Below are positions 1 to 10,750 of a DNA stretch of 64,000 nucleotides, piece after piece. Source of the stretch: Paracoccaceae bacterium (GTDB lineage: Bacteria > Pseudomonadota > Alphaproteobacteria > Rhodobacterales > Rhodobacteraceae); the NCBI GenBank assembly GCA_049446275.1, contig JBMTQO010000007.1, forward strand, positions 2,286 to 66,285, written 5' to 3'. The position numbers were made by a program, and so were the translations under genes. The notes beneath the pieces are model-generated. The model saw only the letters and a program-made list of their open reading frames with translations. It did no database searches and had not been told where the DNA came from. The stretch's first letter is position 1; the number at the start of each line of letters is the position of its first letter.

Positions 1-1203
1 GGTGCGCGTGCGGTCAACGCATGTATTTTATTTTTGCCCCAAATCGCAAATAAAGCGTTACGTACGATCGAAGGTATTTCAACACCTGACGCCCCACACC
101 CCGCACAACAATGCATGATCGACCACCACGGCAGTCAATGTGGATTTTGCACGCCTGGATTTGTCACTTCGATGGTTGCAGCACAGATCAATAATGATGC
201 CGATCACGATGTGACATTGGCGGGCAATCTGTGTCGCTGCACAGGATATGCACCCATTTTTCGTGCAGCGCAGGCGTGTGAAGGAACGAAAGCACCAAAG
301 TGGTTTCACGACGATCAAAGCGATCTAAGGACGCTTGCGCAGTCTGTGGATGCAAAACTCCCTACAACATCTGATGAATTGGCAAATATTCTAGCGGAAG
401 AACCCGAAACAACATTGATCGCAGGCGCGACGGATGTTGGGTTATGGATAAATAAGGATATGCGCGACATCGCGCCAATTGCCTTTATCCACCACATCAA
501 GGATATGGAACATATCACCGAACACCCAGATCATTGGGAGTTTGGGGCCAATGTCACCATCGAAAAAATGCGAGCCTGGAGTGTTGATGCGCAACCAAGC
601 CTTACGCCATTACTGACGCGATATGCATCCACACAGGTTCGCAATTCTGCGACCTTGGGCGGGAATATCGCGAACGGCTCCCCGATTGGCGATAGCCCGC
701 CCGCATTGATTGCCATGGGTGCAAAGCTGGTCCTTCGCAAAAAGGACACGAAAAGAACTATTGATTTGCACGATTTCTTCATCGATTACGGTCAACAAGA
801 TTTGCAAAGCGGTGAATTTGTCCAATTAATCCACGTCCCAAAAAACCAAATCAATCTTCGCTGCTACAAAATTTCAAAACGTTTTGACCAAGACATCTCG
901 GCTGTTTGTGGGGCGTTTAATCTGAATATAACGGATGGTGTGATTCAAAGCGCGCGCATCGCCTTTGGCGGTATGGCGGGGATTCCAAAACGGGCTAAGC
1001 ACGTAGAAGCCTGTTTGACAGGACAAAAATGGGATATGAATTCGATAAAAGCCTCTCATGACCAGTGGTCACAGGACTTTAAACCGCTAACAGATCTGCG
1101 GGCATCAGCGGACTATCGGTTATCCGTCGCGCGGAATTTATTGACGCGGTATTTCTACGATCTGTCAGATAATCCCACGACAATTCAAGAGGTGTCCGCA
1201 TGA
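1..1203 (+). CDS. xdhA: Xanthine dehydrogenase small subunit (2Fe-2S/FAD), 5'-truncated by window edge
   Basis: Frame open from base 1 (GARAVNAC...). Motifs SQCGFCTPG, GNLCRCTGY, AGATDVG, RNSATLGGN, KISKRFDQDISAV. Confidence 0.95.
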   Translation, partial: GARAVNACILFLPQIANKALRTIEGISTPDAPHPAQQCMIDHHGSQCGFCTPGFVTSMVAAQINNDADHDVTLAGNLCRCTGYAPIFRAAQACEGTKAPKWFHDDQSDLRTLAQSVDAKLPTTSDELANILAEEPETTLIAGATDVGLWINKDMRDIAPIAFIHHIKDMEHITEHPDHWEFGANVTIEKMRAWSVDAQPSLTPLLTRYASTQVRNSATLGGNIANGSPIGDSPPALIAMGAKLVLRKKDTKRTIDLHDFFIDYGQQDLQSGEFVQLIHVPKNQINLRCYKISKRFDQDISAVCGAFNLNITDGVIQSARIAFGGMAGIPKRAKHVEACLTGQKWDMNSIKASHDQWSQDFKPLTDLRASADYRLSVARNLLTRYFYDLSDNPTTIQEVSA

Positions 1204-3491
1204 GTGTGAACAAACCTTTTCCTCATGATGCCGCAAAATTACATGTCAGTGGCAGAGCGCGTTATATCGATGATTTGCCCGTCTCCGATGATTGTCTGCA
1301 CCTTTGCTTTGGAACATCAACAATCGCGCGTGGAAGTATTCAGGAACTGAAACTGACGCCTGTCAGAAATTCGAGCGGTGTCATTGATGTTCTTCAGGCC
1401 AGCGACCTTATTCATGCGAATGACGTATCACCCAGCATTCATGACGAACCATTGCTGTCAGATGGGACGATCCATTATCTGGGTCAGCCGATTTTCCTTG
1501 TGATTGCCAAATCACATATTCAAGCGCGCAAAGCCGCGAGTCGCGCTAAGATTTCCTATCAACAAGACAGCCCAATCCTTAGCATCGAAGATGCCATTAC
1601 CGCGAATTCAAGGTTTGAGGAAGGCCCCCGCATTTGGAACCGCGGGGATCTAAAGCGGGGATATGAACAGGCTACCAAGATTGTTGAAGGGTCGATTGAA
1701 ATTGGGGGGCAAGAACACTTTTATCTTGAGGGTCAAGCGGCACTTGCCCTTCCCCAAGAAGACGATGAAATGGTTGTGCATTCATCGACCCAGCACCCTA
1801 CAGAGGTGCAACATAAAGTTGCCGAAGCACTTGGCGTGCAATTTAACGACGTACGTGTCGAAGTGCGCAGAATGGGTGGCGGTTTTGGTGGTAAGGAAAG
1901 TCAGGGCAATGCATTGGCAGTGGCTTGCGCCATTGCAGCACATCGCACGAACAAACCCTGCAAAATGCGTTATGACCGTGACGACGACATGTTAATTACA
2001 GGCAAACGCCATGATTTCCGTATCACGTATCGGGCAGGCGTTGATCAACACAATAAAATCATCGCACTTGAAGTGGTTCATTATGCCCGTTGCGGATGGG
2101 CGCAGGATTTATCTCTGCCCGTTGCGGATCGTGCGATGTTGCACGCGGATAACGCCTATTTCCTGCCCAATGTCCGTATTGAGAGCCACCGCCTGAAAAC
2201 AAATACGCAAAGCGCGACCGCCTTTCGCGGGTTTGGTGGGCCGCAGGGGGTTTTGGGAATGGAACGCATAATGGATCATTTAGCGTACGATCTGAACACC
2301 GATCCCATCGCATTTCGTGAATTGAACTATTACCGCCCCGCAGTGGCAGCAGAGCATGATACAACCCATTATCACATGTCTGTACAGGATTTTAATCTGC
2401 AGGAAATGACATCAAAATTGTTGGCAGATTGTGATTTTGAAAACCGAAAGCAAGCGATTGAACGGTGGAACGCTGATAATCATACCATGAAGCGCGGAAT
2501 TGCCTTTTCGCCTGTGAAATTTGGGATTTCATTCACCCTTAGCCACCTAAATCAGGCAGGCGCATTGGTGCATGTTTATTCTGATGGCAGCATTCGGATC
2601 AATCACGGCGGCACTGAAATGGGCCAAGGCCTGTTTCAAAAAACGGCCCAAGTCGCAGCAGAAGAATTTGGTGTATCAATCAATGCCATAAAAATTACGG
2701 CAACAGACACCGCCAAGGTTCCCAATACATCAGCCACAGCGGCAAGTTCGGGCAGTGATTTGAACGGTATGGCAATCAAAGTTGCCTGTGAAAAGATCAA
2801 GTCGCGCATGGCCGCACTGTTGGCCGCGCAATACAACAAATCACCCGATGACGTCGCATTCACCAAGAACGAAGTTCATATCGGGCGCCGCGTGCTATCC
2901 TTTGGCGATGCGGCCAAGGCCTGTTACGAACAACGTGTCAGTCTGTCGGCGACGGGATTTTACAAAACGCCTGATCTTGAGTGGGATCGTATACGTGGCG
3001 TTGGAAACCCCTTTTATTACTTTGCCTATGGCGCGGCGGTCAGTGAAGTTGTGATTGATACCCTGACAGGGGAATATCGCATCCTGCGAGCCGATATCCT
3101 GCACGACGCTGGAAACAGTTTGAACCCAGCCATTGATATTGGGCAGGTTGAAGGCGGCTATGTTCAAGGCGCAGGATGGCTCACGACCGAGGAATTAATC
3201 TGGGACGACCAAGGCCGCCTGCGCACGCATGCACCCTCCACATACAAAATCCCAGCAATGTCAGATCGACCCCGAGAATTTAATGTAAATCTATGGGATC
3301 GCGGAAATCTAAAGCCAACAATCTATCGATCAAAAGCGGTTGGTGAGCCACCATTTATGCTGGGTATTTCCGCGTGGTTGGCGCTATCCGATGCGATTTC
3401 CAACTGTGGGCCCGCCTATCCAAACCTTGATGCACCCGCAACCCCAGAACGGGTGTTAAAGGCCGTTGGAAGGGTTCGGCATGGCCTTTGA
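1200..3491 (+). CDS. xdhB: Xanthine dehydrogenase molybdopterin-binding subunit
   Basis: GGQEHFYLE, RMGGGFGGKE, AFRGFGGPQG, EMGQGL, SKAVGEPP. ATGA overlap with xdhA. Confidence 0.96.
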   Translation: MSVNKPFPHDAAKLHVSGRARYIDDLPVSDDCLHLCFGTSTIARGSIQELKLTPVRNSSGVIDVLQASDLIHANDVSPSIHDEPLLSDGTIHYLGQPIFLVIAKSHIQARKAASRAKISYQQDSPILSIEDAITANSRFEEGPRIWNRGDLKRGYEQATKIVEGSIEIGGQEHFYLEGQAALALPQEDDEMVVHSSTQHPTEVQHKVAEALGVQFNDVRVEVRRMGGGFGGKESQGNALAVACAIAAHRTNKPCKMRYDRDDDMLITGKRHDFRITYRAGVDQHNKIIALEVVHYARCGWAQDLSLPVADRAMLHADNAYFLPNVRIESHRLKTNTQSATAFRGFGGPQGVLGMERIMDHLAYDLNTDPIAFRELNYYRPAVAAEHDTTHYHMSVQDFNLQEMTSKLLADCDFENRKQAIERWNADNHTMKRGIAFSPVKFGISFTLSHLNQAGALVHVYSDGSIRINHGGTEMGQGLFQKTAQVAAEEFGVSINAIKITATDTAKVPNTSATAASSGSDLNGMAIKVACEKIKSRMAALLAAQYNKSPDDVAFTKNEVHIGRRVLSFGDAAKACYEQRVSLSATGFYKTPDLEWDRIRGVGNPFYYFAYGAAVSEVVIDTLTGEYRILRADILHDAGNSLNPAIDIGQVEGGYVQGAGWLTTEELIWDDQGRLRTHAPSTYKIPAMSDRPREFNVNLWDRGNLKPTIYRSKAVGEPPFMLGISAWLALSDAISNCGPAYPNLDAPATPERVLKAVGRVRHGL

Positions 3492-4383
3492 TTTGCAGCG
3501 CCTGAAACAATTGATTGATCGCCACGGACGGGTCGCGCGCATTGTTATTACCGATGTTCGCGGATCAACACCACGCACGGTTGGCACTGAAATGTTTGTT
3601 TGGGATAACGGACAAGACGGCACAATCGGCGGCGGTGCGTTGGAATATCAGGTGACGAATGCCGCAGAACAGACGCTGAAAGAACAACGCACATGGGCAC
3701 ATACCTATCCACTTGGGCCAAATTTGGGACAGTGCTGTGGGGGCTCCGTGGGGATTTTATGCGAAGTTTTTGATCACACAACATTACCTGTTGCATCGGC
3801 AGATGTGGTGAAGCGTCCCGCACCCAGTCAAATTAACCCCATCAATCATTCCAATTTAACAGTCCAAAATGGTGAAATCCATGAACCTCTGCACCCAAGT
3901 GGCAAACCAATTTGGATTTGGGGCGCGGGTCATGTGGGTCGTGCATTGGTACATATACTGCAAACCTTGCCTCAATTTGACCTGACGTGGGTTGATTTTG
4001 ATCAAGGCCGCTTTCCCTCTGATACAGCCCCATCCACAACCGTTATTCAGGCCGCCGAGATGCCGATGTTGGTCCCACATGCGCCGGCAGATGCGCATCA
4101 TTTTATTTTAACGTATTCACATGACGTGGATTTGGCGCTGTGTCTTGCGTTGCTAAAGCATGACTTTAAATATGCGGGCCTGATTGGTTCCGACACAAAA
4201 TGGTCACGGTTTCGAAAACGGTTAACTGATGCGGGACTTGAGATGAGTGATATTGAACGTATCACCTGCCCAATTGGACGACCAGAATATGGAAAGCACC
4301 CATCAGAGATTGCCATCGGCATACTCTGTAATTTACTAGGTGACGAAGGGGCCAATACCTATGGGGGTAGAGTAGCGAAATGA
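3481..4383 (+). CDS. xdhC: Xanthine dehydrogenase accessory (Moco insertion) protein
   Basis: GSTPR..G, GTIGGGALE, LGQCCGG, GAGHVG, GLIGS. Start moved to ATG 3481. Confidence 0.93.
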   Translation: MAFDLQRLKQLIDRHGRVARIVITDVRGSTPRTVGTEMFVWDNGQDGTIGGGALEYQVTNAAEQTLKEQRTWAHTYPLGPNLGQCCGGSVGILCEVFDHTTLPVASADVVKRPAPSQINPINHSNLTVQNGEIHEPLHPSGKPIWIWGAGHVGRALVHILQTLPQFDLTWVDFDQGRFPSDTAPSTTVIQAAEMPMLVPHAPADAHHFILTYSHDVDLALCLALLKHDFKYAGLIGSDTKWSRFRKRLTDAGLEMSDIERITCPIGRPEYGKHPSEIAIGILCNLLGDEGANTYGGRVAK

Positions 4384-5900
4384 AAGACATATTACTGGAC
4401 ATCAACGGCCTGACCAAAGCCTATCCTGGGGTCGTGGCAAACAACAATGTCTCCTTTCAAATTCGCCCTGGTGAAGTGCACGCATTGCTCGGCGAAAATG
4501 GCGCGGGCAAAAGCACATTGGTTAAAATGATCTATGGTCTGGTCAAACCTGACAGCGGATCAATGACCTTTCAGAACCAACAATTTGCACCCGCATCGCC
4601 AAACGCCGCACGTGGCACAGGTGTTGCGATGGTGTTTCAGCATTTTTCGCTATTTGACGCGCTAACCGTTGCCGAAAATATTGCATTGGGCATGGACGAT
4701 GCCCCAAAACCACGGGATCTAACCAAGAACATTCGACAGGTTTCAAATGCTTATGGCCTGCCTTTGGAACCAAATCGCATTGTCGGCACCCTGTCTGCAG
4801 GTGAACGCCAACGTGTTGAAATCATTCGCTGCCTGCTGCAAAATCCGAAATTATTAATCATGGATGAACCGACATCCGTTTTGACGCCCCAAGAAGTTGA
4901 AGTGCTGTTCAAAACTTTGCGACAATTGAAGAGCGAAGGCACATCTATCCTTTATATTTCGCACAAACTGGAGGAAATTCGTGCCCTGTGCGACACGGCG
5001 ACTATCCTGCGTCACGGTGAAAAAGTTGATACCTGTATTCCGGCAACCACCACCGCACGGGAAATGGCCGAAATGATGGTCGGCGCAAGTTTTGCGAACC
5101 CCATCAAAGCAAATCGTGAAATGGGCGATACGATTTTGTCATTAAAAAATGTTTCCGCTTCTTCGGCAGGGGCATTTGGAACTTCGCTTCAGGGTATTAG
5201 TTTAGATCTGAAAGAGGGTGAAATCCTTGGGATCGGTGGCGTTGCTGGTAACGGACAGGATGAATTATTGGCCGCCCTCTCGGGCGAAACAACCGTCGCT
5301 TCAGAGATGATTATTTTTGATGGACAAGCAATCGGCAAACAAGGTCCAACGGCACGCCGTAAAATCGGATTGCTGAGCGCGCCAGAGGAACGTTTGGGTC
5401 ATGCGGCAGCACCTGCAATGTCGTTGCGAGAAAACACTGTCATCACAGCGGCAGAGCGAAAATCTTTATTGAAAAACGGCTTCATCGACTGGACCGCCGC
5501 GGATCAATACACGCAGAACATTATTGCCGACTTTGACGTACGGACCCCAGGAACGCATACACCTGCTGGATCATTATCTGGCGGCAATTTGCAGAAATTC
5601 GTGGTTGGACGTGAAGTTTTGCAAAATCCAAAAGTATTTGTTGTGAACCAACCGACATGGGGGGTTGATGCGGCGGCAGCGGCGTCCATCCGTCAGAAAC
5701 TTTTGGATCTGGCCGACAATGGCGCGGGCGTGATTGTCATCAGTCAGGATTTGGATGAGCTATTGGAAATAAGCGATCGGTTCTGCGCAATCAATGAAGG
5801 CCGTTTGTCCACTATCGTTCCAACTTCAACACTGGAAATGGACCAAATCGGTTTGATGATGGGTGGTGCAACCGCAGATCAAGAAGGGGCGTACGCATGA
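4380..5900 (+). CDS. Purine/nucleoside ABC transporter ATP-binding protein (two ABC domains)
   Basis: Walker A GENGAGKST, MDEPT, second domain LSGGNLQK. Operonic with xdh. Confidence 0.92.
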   Translation: MKDILLDINGLTKAYPGVVANNNVSFQIRPGEVHALLGENGAGKSTLVKMIYGLVKPDSGSMTFQNQQFAPASPNAARGTGVAMVFQHFSLFDALTVAENIALGMDDAPKPRDLTKNIRQVSNAYGLPLEPNRIVGTLSAGERQRVEIIRCLLQNPKLLIMDEPTSVLTPQEVEVLFKTLRQLKSEGTSILYISHKLEEIRALCDTATILRHGEKVDTCIPATTTAREMAEMMVGASFANPIKANREMGDTILSLKNVSASSAGAFGTSLQGISLDLKEGEILGIGGVAGNGQDELLAALSGETTVASEMIIFDGQAIGKQGPTARRKIGLLSAPEERLGHAAAPAMSLRENTVITAAERKSLLKNGFIDWTAADQYTQNIIADFDVRTPGTHTPAGSLSGGNLQKFVVGREVLQNPKVFVVNQPTWGVDAAAAASIRQKLLDLADNGAGVIVISQDLDELLEISDRFCAINEGRLSTIVPTSTLEMDQIGLMMGGATADQEGAYA

Positions 5901-6976
5901 TACATTTTGAAAAACGCCTGAATCCGTCCCGTATAACCACAGTTGTAACGCCAATTATCGCTGTGATGCTAACCATGATTGCAGGTGGCATTATGTTCGC
6001 CGCATTGGGTAAACCTCCACTTGAGGCGATCCGAATTATTTTCTGGGACCCTTTGTTCGATCCAAATTTTGCATCCTATTCGCGCCCACAACTGCTGGTG
6101 AAAGCGGGTCCACTAATCCTAATCGCGATTGGGTTATCGATTGGTTTCAAGGCAGGTATTTGGAACATTGGCGCAGAAGGTCAATATATAATGGGCGCCA
6201 TTTTTGGGGCCGCAGTGGCCTTGGCGGCCTATCCAGCAGACTCTGTTTTGTTGTTTCCTGCGATGGTGGTCGCGGGTGCCTTTGGCGGTTGGTTATGGGC
6301 AATGATCCCAGCAATCCTGCGAGCCAAATTCAACACAAACGAAATCCTAGTGTCGTTGATGTTGGTCTATGTCGCTGAGTCGATTTTGGCGTCTGTCGCG
6401 CAGGGACTGTTAAAGAATCCAGAAGGTTATGGCTTTCCTGGTTCACGCAACCTGCAACAATACCCCAGCGCATTCAATGCAGAAGTGTTCGCAAACTCTG
6501 GTATGCACTGGGGCGTGATTAGCGCATTCATTGCTGTGACATGCGCCTATGTGATGATGACACGCCACATTCGTGGCTTCGAAGTGCGCCTTATGGGCGA
6601 GGCGCCGAAAGCAGCGCGTTTTTCGGGCGTTTCAACCACAAGTTTGGTCGTGTTCTGCTTGGGTATATCAGGTGCACTTGCTGGTCTGGCGGGCATGTTC
6701 GAAGTGTCGGGTCCATCTGGACAAATCACTATCGATTTCAACTCGGGCTATGGGTTCACTGCTATTATCGTAGCATTCTTGGGGCGTTTGCACCCCATCG
6801 GAATTTTGCTTGCGGGATTGTTGATGGCGCTTACCTACATTGGCGGCGAACTTGCACAATTAATGCTGGGCCTGCCTGGGGCATCCATCCAATTGTTTCA
6901 GGGGATGCTGCTGTTGTTCCTATTGGCAACAGATATCTTTACCAATTATCGCATTCGCATCGGGGGGGCAAAATGA
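5897..6976 (+). CDS. Purine/nucleoside ABC transporter permease
   Basis: Hydrophobic; WNIGAEGQ, GYGFTAIIVAFLG (BPD_transp_2 type). Confidence 0.9.
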   Translation: MIHFEKRLNPSRITTVVTPIIAVMLTMIAGGIMFAALGKPPLEAIRIIFWDPLFDPNFASYSRPQLLVKAGPLILIAIGLSIGFKAGIWNIGAEGQYIMGAIFGAAVALAAYPADSVLLFPAMVVAGAFGGWLWAMIPAILRAKFNTNEILVSLMLVYVAESILASVAQGLLKNPEGYGFPGSRNLQQYPSAFNAEVFANSGMHWGVISAFIAVTCAYVMMTRHIRGFEVRLMGEAPKAARFSGVSTTSLVVFCLGISGALAGLAGMFEVSGPSGQITIDFNSGYGFTAIIVAFLGRLHPIGILLAGLLMALTYIGGELAQLMLGLPGASIQLFQGMLLLFLLATDIFTNYRIRIGGAK

Positions 6977-7899
6977 TGGACTTGTTAGGAATTAATCCTG
7001 TTCTATTAATCGCATCCCTGATGGTTTCGGCCACGCCAATCCTCCTTGCCGCGATTGGTGAAACTGTCGTTGAAAAATCTGGCGTCCTAAATTTGGGCGT
7101 TGAGGGCATGATGATCGTCGGTGCGGTCGTGGGTTTTATCACCGCTGTGAATACCGCAAACCCAGCCATCGGATTTGTGACTGCTGCAATCGCTGGTGCG
7201 TTATTATCGACCATTTTTGCAACATTGGTCCTGTATCTAAAGTCAAACCAAGTCGCGACAGGTCTTGGCCTGACCTTGGTGGGCTTAGGGATTTCAGCCT
7301 TGCTTGGGAAACCCTATGAAGGGATTAAATCACCAACCCTTCAATCATTGGATATCCCGATCTTGTCGGACATTCCCATCATTGGGCACATGTTATTTTC
7401 TCATGACGCGATGGTGTATGTTTCAATCCTGATCGTCGGTTTGGTTTGGTACACTCTGAAATACACACGTGTCGGTTTGGTATTGCGAGCGGTAGGCGAA
7501 AACCATGACGCGGCACATGCACTTGGGTACAAAGTTATCCGTATTCGTTTTCTTGCCATCATGTTTGGCGGAGCATGCAGCGGTTTGGGAGGCGCATATA
7601 TAAGCCTTGTCCGCGTGCCGCAATGGACTGAGGGCATGACCGCAGGGGCAGGTTGGATCGCACTCGCCATCGTTGTATTTGCCAGCTGGAAACCCTGGCG
7701 CACGTTGATTGGTGCCTATTTGTTTGGCGGAATCACCGTTTTACAGCTAAATTTACAGGCTGCAGGCGTTGCTATACCAGTTGAGTACTTGTCCATGTCG
7801 CCATTTTTGATAACTATTGCGGTGCTTGTGATTATATCGGCCAGAGGAAACCAGGGTGCACCTGCTTCACTGGGTCGACCGTTCCACGCCTCAAACTGA
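6973..7899 (+). CDS. Purine/nucleoside ABC transporter permease
   Basis: EKSGVLNLGVEGMM, LRAVGEN, GWIALAIV. Likely start is ATG 6973 (ATGA overlap), not 6541. Confidence 0.9.
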   Translation: MMDLLGINPVLLIASLMVSATPILLAAIGETVVEKSGVLNLGVEGMMIVGAVVGFITAVNTANPAIGFVTAAIAGALLSTIFATLVLYLKSNQVATGLGLTLVGLGISALLGKPYEGIKSPTLQSLDIPILSDIPIIGHMLFSHDAMVYVSILIVGLVWYTLKYTRVGLVLRAVGENHDAAHALGYKVIRIRFLAIMFGGACSGLGGAYISLVRVPQWTEGMTAGAGWIALAIVVFASWKPWRTLIGAYLFGGITVLQLNLQAAGVAIPVEYLSMSPFLITIAVLVIISARGNQGAPASLGRPFHASN

Positions 7900-7926
7900 G
7901 GTCCATACCTGACTAGGGAGTAAACT

Positions 7927-8997
7927 ATGAAACTCAAATCAATCCTCACATCTGCAATCGCAGCTTTCGCTTTGGGCACAGCCGCAATTGCCGCCGATAT
8001 CAAAGTCGGCTTTGTCTATGTTGGCCCAGTGGGCGACGGCGGCTGGACATACGAACACGATCAAGGCCGTAAAGCTGTGGTCGAAGCTTTCGGCGATCGC
8101 GTCGAAACGATTTATCAAGAAAGCGTTCCAGAAGGTGCTGACTCAGAACGCGTTATGACACAAATGGCACTTCAGGGTGCTGACCTGATCTTTACAACAT
8201 CATTTGGCTACATGGATCCAACCATCAACGTTGCCAAGAAATTCCCAAATGTGAAATTTGAACACGCAACTGGTTATAAACGCGCAGACAACGTTTCAAC
8301 ATATTCTGCACGTTTCTACGAAGGTCGCGCAGTGCAAGGCCACATCGCGGGTAAAATGACAAAAACCAATAAAATTGGTTACATCGGTTCATTCCCAATT
8401 CCAGAAGTTATCCGCGGCATCAACTCTGCCTATATCCACGCGAAAAAAGTGAACCCAGATGTCGAATTCAACATCGTTTGGGCCTACACATGGTTTGACC
8501 CTGCAAAAGAAGCAGACGCAGCAAACGCACTGATCGAGCAAGGCTGCGACGTTGTTCTACAACACACAGACTCAACAGCCCCACAAGCGGCAGCAGAAAA
8601 AGCGGGTAATGTTATCACATTCGGTCAGGCATCTGACATGGCTGAATTTGGCCCACTACCACGCGTTTCATCTATCATTGATGACTGGGGCCCCTACTAC
8701 GTTGCACGTACACAAGCAGTTCTAGATGGCACATGGACATCAACGGACACGTGGGACGGTATCGGCCCAGGCATGGTGAAAATTGGTGAAATTTCATCTG
8801 CGGTTCCAGCAGACATCAAAGCAGAAGCAGAAGCACTGCGTGATGCATTGGGTTCTGGTGAATACCACGCATTCACAGGCCCATTGAACAAGCAAGATGG
8901 CACACCATGGTTGGCGGCTGGTGAAACAGCAGACGATGGCACACTTGCGGGCATGAACTTCTATGTAGAAGGCCTAACTGGCAAAATCCCACAATAA
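7927..8997 (+). CDS. BMP-family ABC transporter substrate-binding protein (purine/nucleoside)
   Basis: Signal peptide, KVGFVYVGPVGDGGWT, WFDPAKE, QHTDS; GGGAG RBS. Confidence 0.92.
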   Translation: MKLKSILTSAIAAFALGTAAIAADIKVGFVYVGPVGDGGWTYEHDQGRKAVVEAFGDRVETIYQESVPEGADSERVMTQMALQGADLIFTTSFGYMDPTINVAKKFPNVKFEHATGYKRADNVSTYSARFYEGRAVQGHIAGKMTKTNKIGYIGSFPIPEVIRGINSAYIHAKKVNPDVEFNIVWAYTWFDPAKEADAANALIEQGCDVVLQHTDSTAPQAAAEKAGNVITFGQASDMAEFGPLPRVSSIIDDWGPYYVARTQAVLDGTWTSTDTWDGIGPGMVKIGEISSAVPADIKAEAEALRDALGSGEYHAFTGPLNKQDGTPWLAAGETADDGTLAGMNFYVEGLTGKIPQ

Positions 8998-9015
8998 GGA
9001 TTGTAATGACATCTT

Positions 9016-9056
9016 GGGGCCTCGATAATCGGTGATTATCGGGGCCCTATTTATTT
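9016..9056 (+). terminator. Stem-loop ending the xdh/BMP operon
   Basis: GGGGCCTCGATAATC-GGT-GATTATCGGGGCCCT followed by ATTTATTT. Confidence 0.7.
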
Positions 9057-9070
9057 GACAAAGGTGCGAT

Positions 9071-9718
9071 ATGACTAATTACTTAAGCCTGCCAGAAACC
9101 GCAGAGCGTGGTTCAGATGAACGGATGTTCGCGCCCTATGCAGAACGAAACAAGGCACCTATTTTCTATGTTTTGAACGAAGTATTACCACAAAACGCGG
9201 ACGTGTTGGAAATTGCGAGCGGCACAGGCCAGCATTGCGTACACTTTGCCGCGCAACGCCCTGATTGGTCATGGCAACCGAGTGAGATTGATCCCGAACG
9301 GATCAAAAGCATCAATGCATATCGGGGTGCATCCCAATTGCCCAATCTGTGTTCGGCCATAACCGTGGATATTTCGCGCATAGATTGGTCAGAAACAGTA
9401 AACAACCGCGATGGGATATTTTTGTCCAACCTGCTGCATCTGGTACCTGATGCCACGGTAAATTCCTTCATCCAAGGTGCGGCCAAAGTGCTTAAACATA
9501 ATGGTATTTTGGCAATCTACGGACCCTTTATGCGCGGTGGTGAGTTAACAAGCGAAGGGGATGTCGAGTTTCATGCGACATTGCAAACACAAGACCCCAA
9601 AATCGGATACAAGGACGATTTCGATATCATCGACTTGATTGAAAATTGCTGGCTCGAAATGGTGCATGTGATCGAAATGCCCGCGAACAATCTATTCTTG
9701 ATCGCGCGCAAACCCTAA
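9071..9718 (+). CDS. DUF938-family putative SAM-dependent methyltransferase
   Basis: AERNK.PI, VLEIASGTGQH, WQPSE, YGPF, EMPANN. Confidence 0.88.
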   Translation: MTNYLSLPETAERGSDERMFAPYAERNKAPIFYVLNEVLPQNADVLEIASGTGQHCVHFAAQRPDWSWQPSEIDPERIKSINAYRGASQLPNLCSAITVDISRIDWSETVNNRDGIFLSNLLHLVPDATVNSFIQGAAKVLKHNGILAIYGPFMRGGELTSEGDVEFHATLQTQDPKIGYKDDFDIIDLIENCWLEMVHVIEMPANNLFLIARKP

Positions 9719-10428
9719 CGAACGCGTGCCATCGTGCGGTTCACGCGGTCAATTCTGGCCGCGTTGGGCGGGTGTGATCCCAGAAATTTATCACCTGGAT
9801 CAGGAATACGTGTAAAGAATTTTGAACCACGTACGGGATCGTATCCTGCGTAATACGTGATCAAGGTCCCAATTTCGTCTGCCTGTAGTTCGTGATCCTT
9901 TGAATAAACGCGCGACCCCACAGCCGCACCAAGGTCAAATGCGCTATCAACATTCTGCGCAGAACCACCAGAGTACGCAATCAGACCACCCAAGATCAGG
10001 CCACCTAATCCCGCAGAACCGCGCCGCTGCTGAATGTGTCCTGCAATATGGTGTGCCATTTCATGCCCCAGAACAAAGGCAACCTCATCCGTATTTCGCG
10101 CAGCCTTCAACAAGCCAATCGAAAAAATCACCAACGGACGCCCATCTTTCTCAAGGGTTTGATAGGCATTCACAACATCTGGCGTACTTGTGTCCACCTG
10201 AATTTTAAAATCACAATTCGATACACGGCCCGTGTCACGACATATCTGTTCGCCGATGGGTTCAACCCGCGAAACAATTTGGCGCATCGTTGTCATCGAA
10301 GTCAAATCTTCGTTACCAGTGGAAATAACCGCAGGCTGTGCCTGTACCCGGGGTATTTGCTTAACTTGTGGCGTTGGCGCGCAAGAAGTCAAGATCAATG
10401 CAGCAAGAACAGAAATTCGTAAAATCAT
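9715..10428 (-). CDS. M48-family zinc metalloprotease, lipoprotein
   Basis: Lipobox LTSC after MILRISVLAAL; HEMAHH zinc motif, ELQAD, SHP. Start moved to ATG 10428. Confidence 0.88.
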   Translation of the reverse strand: MILRISVLAALILTSCAPTPQVKQIPRVQAQPAVISTGNEDLTSMTTMRQIVSRVEPIGEQICRDTGRVSNCDFKIQVDTSTPDVVNAYQTLEKDGRPLVIFSIGLLKAARNTDEVAFVLGHEMAHHIAGHIQQRRGSAGLGGLILGGLIAYSGGSAQNVDSAFDLGAAVGSRVYSKDHELQADEIGTLITYYAGYDPVRGSKFFTRIPDPGDKFLGSHPPNAARIDRVNRTMARVR

Positions 10429-10510
10429 TTGAGTTTGTCTTTGTAGAAAACGGAATTTCAACCATACTATAAACGAACACGATTTCTGCAAGCTATGGGA
10501 AAATAACATT

Positions 10511-10750
10511 ATGTTTACCATCGAACACGAATTTGACTGCACTGTCGTCACTCTAATGGACGAAGGCGACGGGTTTCTACAAGAGGACGTTGTTATCAAT
10601 GGGTTTGAGGACTGCATCACAATTCAACAGTTTGACCCAAAGACGAATGGCATGCAAAAGGTCACGATGTCGATCACCCAGATGAAAGATTTGGCCGCGG
10701 CCATTTCTCTGCCCGAAGGGATTTATTCGCGCACTGATCGTCAGGATTAA
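10511..10750 (+). CDS. Small acidic hypothetical protein of a Roseobacter-type conserved family
   Basis: 79-aa ORF filling the gap between two minus-strand genes; resembles a recalled MFTIEHEFD...LPEG.Y family. Confidence 0.7.
   Translation: MFTIEHEFDCTVVTLMDEGDGFLQEDVVINGFEDCITIQQFDPKTNGMQKVTMSITQMKDLAAAISLPEGIYSRTDRQD

Noticed and set aside
6541-6972. Long N-terminal extension of the second permease in the ORF track
   Set aside because: It overlaps the upstream permease out of frame; the ATGA-coupled start at 6973 fits better. Similar over-extensions were trimmed for M48, modC, the PPIase, nhaA, gntR, potF and msrA.
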